Origin: Arcobacter sp.
Lineage (GTDB): Bacteria > Campylobacterota > Campylobacteria > Campylobacterales > Arcobacteraceae
Reading direction: 5' to 3'
Assembly (NCBI GenBank): GCA_965662175.1
Contig: CBFIGT010000044.1
Location: forward strand, 1 to 17,162
Length of the DNA: 17,162 nucleotides
Numbering within the stretch: the stretch's first letter is position 1; each line of letters starts with the position of its first letter. Under the pieces are notes generated by a model. The model was not told the origin of the DNA. It was given only the letters and a program-made list of their open reading frames with translations, and did no database searches. The position numbers were made by a program, and so were the translations under genes. Below are positions 15,146-17,162 of this stretch, in pieces.

Positions 15146-16456
15146 TTATTCAAACTCCATTTGTTTGAATACTCTTGCGATGTTTTGACGTCCAAGCTCT
15201 TTATATGTATCTAAATGTTTATAAGCATCCATATTGATATTATAAGCTTCATTTAAACCACCATCATTTTCTAAAACTTCAGCGATTTTTTCTCTTATAT
15301 AAACTATATAATCTTTTGTATACTTTCTAACTGTATCTAAATCAGTAACATCACCATGCCCTGGAACTACAATTTTTGGATTTAGCTCTTCAAACTTTTC
15401 CCAAGCTTCAAGCCATTTTTGTGTTTCTGTAATTTCAAATATTGGTAAAAGTCTATTATTAAATGCTAAATCACCAGCAAATACAATTTTTTCATCATCT
15501 AGCCAAATACAAATATCACTTCGTTCATGGGCATAACCAAAATATTTTGCTTCAACTATTTTGCCACCTAAATCAAACTTCATACTATCTTTAAAATATT
15601 TATCAGGAAAAATTAATTGTGTCCCCTCAAATTTATCCCTTAAAACATTTTTTAATCTATTAAATGTTTTTTCACCTTTTGTTTCTATCTCACCTTGAAC
15701 TAACTCTTGAGCAACAATTGTTGCACCTTGCTCTTTCCAATAATTACTTCCTAAAATAGCATGACCTTGAGAATTTTCTAAAACTACATATTTTACAGGT
15801 TTATTTGTGATTTTTTTAATCTCTTTATGTAAGGCTTGGGCTAAAAGATATGAAGAACCTGCATTCCAAACTAAAACCGACTCATCTCCTACAATAAAAC
15901 CTAAGTTGTTATTATGTGCCGTTGATTCGTATAAATATGGAGCTGTTATTCCTATTGATGTATATACATTTGCTGCTACCTCTTGAATTTTACTATATAA
16001 CATAGAATCAGGATATTTATCTAAAGAGTTAGAGGGTAAATTTAATTCACTCCACACTTTATAGCTATCTTTATACCATAGAACATTTTTATATCCTAGC
16101 TCTTTTAATGTTTTAGTTGCAAGTAGTGAAATATCCCCTGTGTAACAATAAACAACAAATGTTTCATCTTTTTTTACACTATTTTCAATAAAGAACTCTA
16201 ATTTATCTCTTGATATATTTGTATAATTATTAACTTTTAAAAAGCCACCTTGTTTGTTTATATCCTCTTTAGTTCTAACATCAATAACAGCTAAATTAGG
16301 ATTTTTTTCTAACATCTCTTGCAGTTTGGCTGTATTTATACCTTTTATCTCTTTTTTAACTTCACTTATGTAACTTTTTACATCTGCATTTAAGATAGTT
16401 AAACTACTTAAACTAAAAAATAAAATTGCCATAATTGCTTTTTTACTAATTACCAT
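15146..16456 (-). CDS. Exported rhodanese + metallo-beta-lactamase-fold (SoxH-like) fusion protein
   Basis: Sec signal; rhodanese part VIDVRT..VVYCYTGDIS..LKELGY; MBL part HNNNLGFIVG, ENSQGHAILG, AHERSD, FAGDL, VVPGHG; AAGGAG SD. Confidence 0.85.
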   Translation of the reverse strand: MVISKKAIMAILFFSLSSLTILNADVKSYISEVKKEIKGINTAKLQEMLEKNPNLAVIDVRTKEDINKQGGFLKVNNYTNISRDKLEFFIENSVKKDETFVVYCYTGDISLLATKTLKELGYKNVLWYKDSYKVWSELNLPSNSLDKYPDSMLYSKIQEVAANVYTSIGITAPYLYESTAHNNNLGFIVGDESVLVWNAGSSYLLAQALHKEIKKITNKPVKYVVLENSQGHAILGSNYWKEQGATIVAQELVQGEIETKGEKTFNRLKNVLRDKFEGTQLIFPDKYFKDSMKFDLGGKIVEAKYFGYAHERSDICIWLDDEKIVFAGDLAFNNRLLPIFEITETQKWLEAWEKFEELNPKIVVPGHGDVTDLDTVRKYTKDYIVYIREKIAEVLENDGGLNEAYNINMDAYKHLDTYKELGRQNIARVFKQMEFE

Positions 16457-16522
16457 ATATCTCCTTTTTAATATAATTAATTATTATAAACTACTCTATC
16501 TTGATAGATACTTTATCAAGGA

Positions 16523-16552
16523 AATAAATTTAATTTTTAAATTAAATTTATT
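16523..16552. repeat. Perfect 14-bp A/T-only inverted repeat in a divergent intergenic region
   Basis: AATAAATTTAATTT-TT-AAATTAAATTTATT. Confidence 0.6.
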
Positions 16553-16603
16553 AATAAGTTTAAATAAATAAAATTATAAAAATAATATTAAAAGGGGAAA
16601 TAA

Positions 16604-17162
16604 ATGAAAATAAAATTTTTTGCATATTTTGCAACATTAGCTTTAGCTTTATCATTGAATGCACAAAAAGTTACTTTACAAGAGTGTGTTGAATTAGGAG
16701 AGAAACATATATTTGCAGGTGGTGAGTGTATAGAGTTTGCTGTAAGCAATGGAGATAGAGAGGGGTATTTAAATATAATAGTTCATGGAACTTGGCCTGA
16801 TGGTACAAATACTCTTGGTAGATATGCACCATTTGCTGAAACTCTTACAATGTCTACAGATATTACAACAGTAGCAGTTGCTCTTCCTGGATATTCATCT
16901 TCATCTACAAACAACTTTACAGCATTGGCTCATGAGGGAACAAAAAACTTAGCTGCTAAAGAGGAGTATGTTAGATTTTTAGCCTCTTTAGTAAAAGCTT
17001 TAAAAGATAAATTTGAAGCTGAAACAGTTACATATATTGGGCATAGTGCTGGAGCTATGATGGGAGCTACACTTACAGGTTTTGAACCAGACTTAATAAA
17101 TAATATCGTTTTAGCAGGTGGAAGATATGATATTCATAAGGAAGTAAAAGATGGTGGTTTAG
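16604..17162 (+). CDS. Exported alpha/beta-fold hydrolase, 3'-truncated by the window edge (absent from the ORF track)
   Basis: Manual translation from ATG 16604 after AGGGG: MKIKFFAYFATLALALSLNA signal, IIVHGTW, LPGY, YIGHSAGAMMG (GxSxG nucleophile elbow); open to the window end. Confidence 0.88.
   Translation, partial: MKIKFFAYFATLALALSLNAQKVTLQECVELGEKHIFAGGECIEFAVSNGDREGYLNIIVHGTWPDGTNTLGRYAPFAETLTMSTDITTVAVALPGYSSSSTNNFTALAHEGTKNLAAKEEYVRFLASLVKALKDKFEAETVTYIGHSAGAMMGATLTGFEPDLINNIVLAGGRYDIHKEVKDGGL

Noticed and set aside
16501..16519. TTGAT...ATCAA as an FNR box
   Set aside because: Half-sites are 9 nt apart rather than 4; kept only as a generic inverted repeat.
1..17162. CRISPR array, tRNA/rRNA or IS element
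   Set aside because: No regularly spaced repeats, no structured RNA gene pattern and no transposase ORF; nearly all sequence is protein-coding.

Overview
AT-rich bacterial chromosome segment, most consistent with Arcobacteraceae/Campylobacterota (inferred from low GC, protein style and the single-cluster order soxCDXYZA..B). Left part: a 5'-truncated M48 peptidase, rmuC, an SO_0444/ArsP-type Cys-rich permease and a degenerate MtlR/HEPN-like protein, converging on a minus-strand pair (moeA plus a small membrane protein). Divergent from moeA is a complete periplasmic thiosulfate-oxidation cluster, soxC-D-X-Y-Z-A-(lipoprotein)-(CNGxWC rhodanese)-soxB. It is followed by an accessory block: a cytochrome c/thioredoxin fusion, a MOSC protein, an exported DsrE-like protein, a convergent exported rhodanese-MBL (SoxH-like) fusion with a degenerate metal motif, and a 3'-truncated exported alpha/beta hydrolase missing from the ORF track. 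The core Sox genes are well known. The less explained parts are the Cys-based accessory sulfur-handling proteins, the lipoprotein in the soxK position, and several intergenic inverted repeats, including two competing hairpins after soxB. No RNA genes, CRISPR arrays or mobile elements were seen. All assignments come from motif recognition by eye; no database searches were run.
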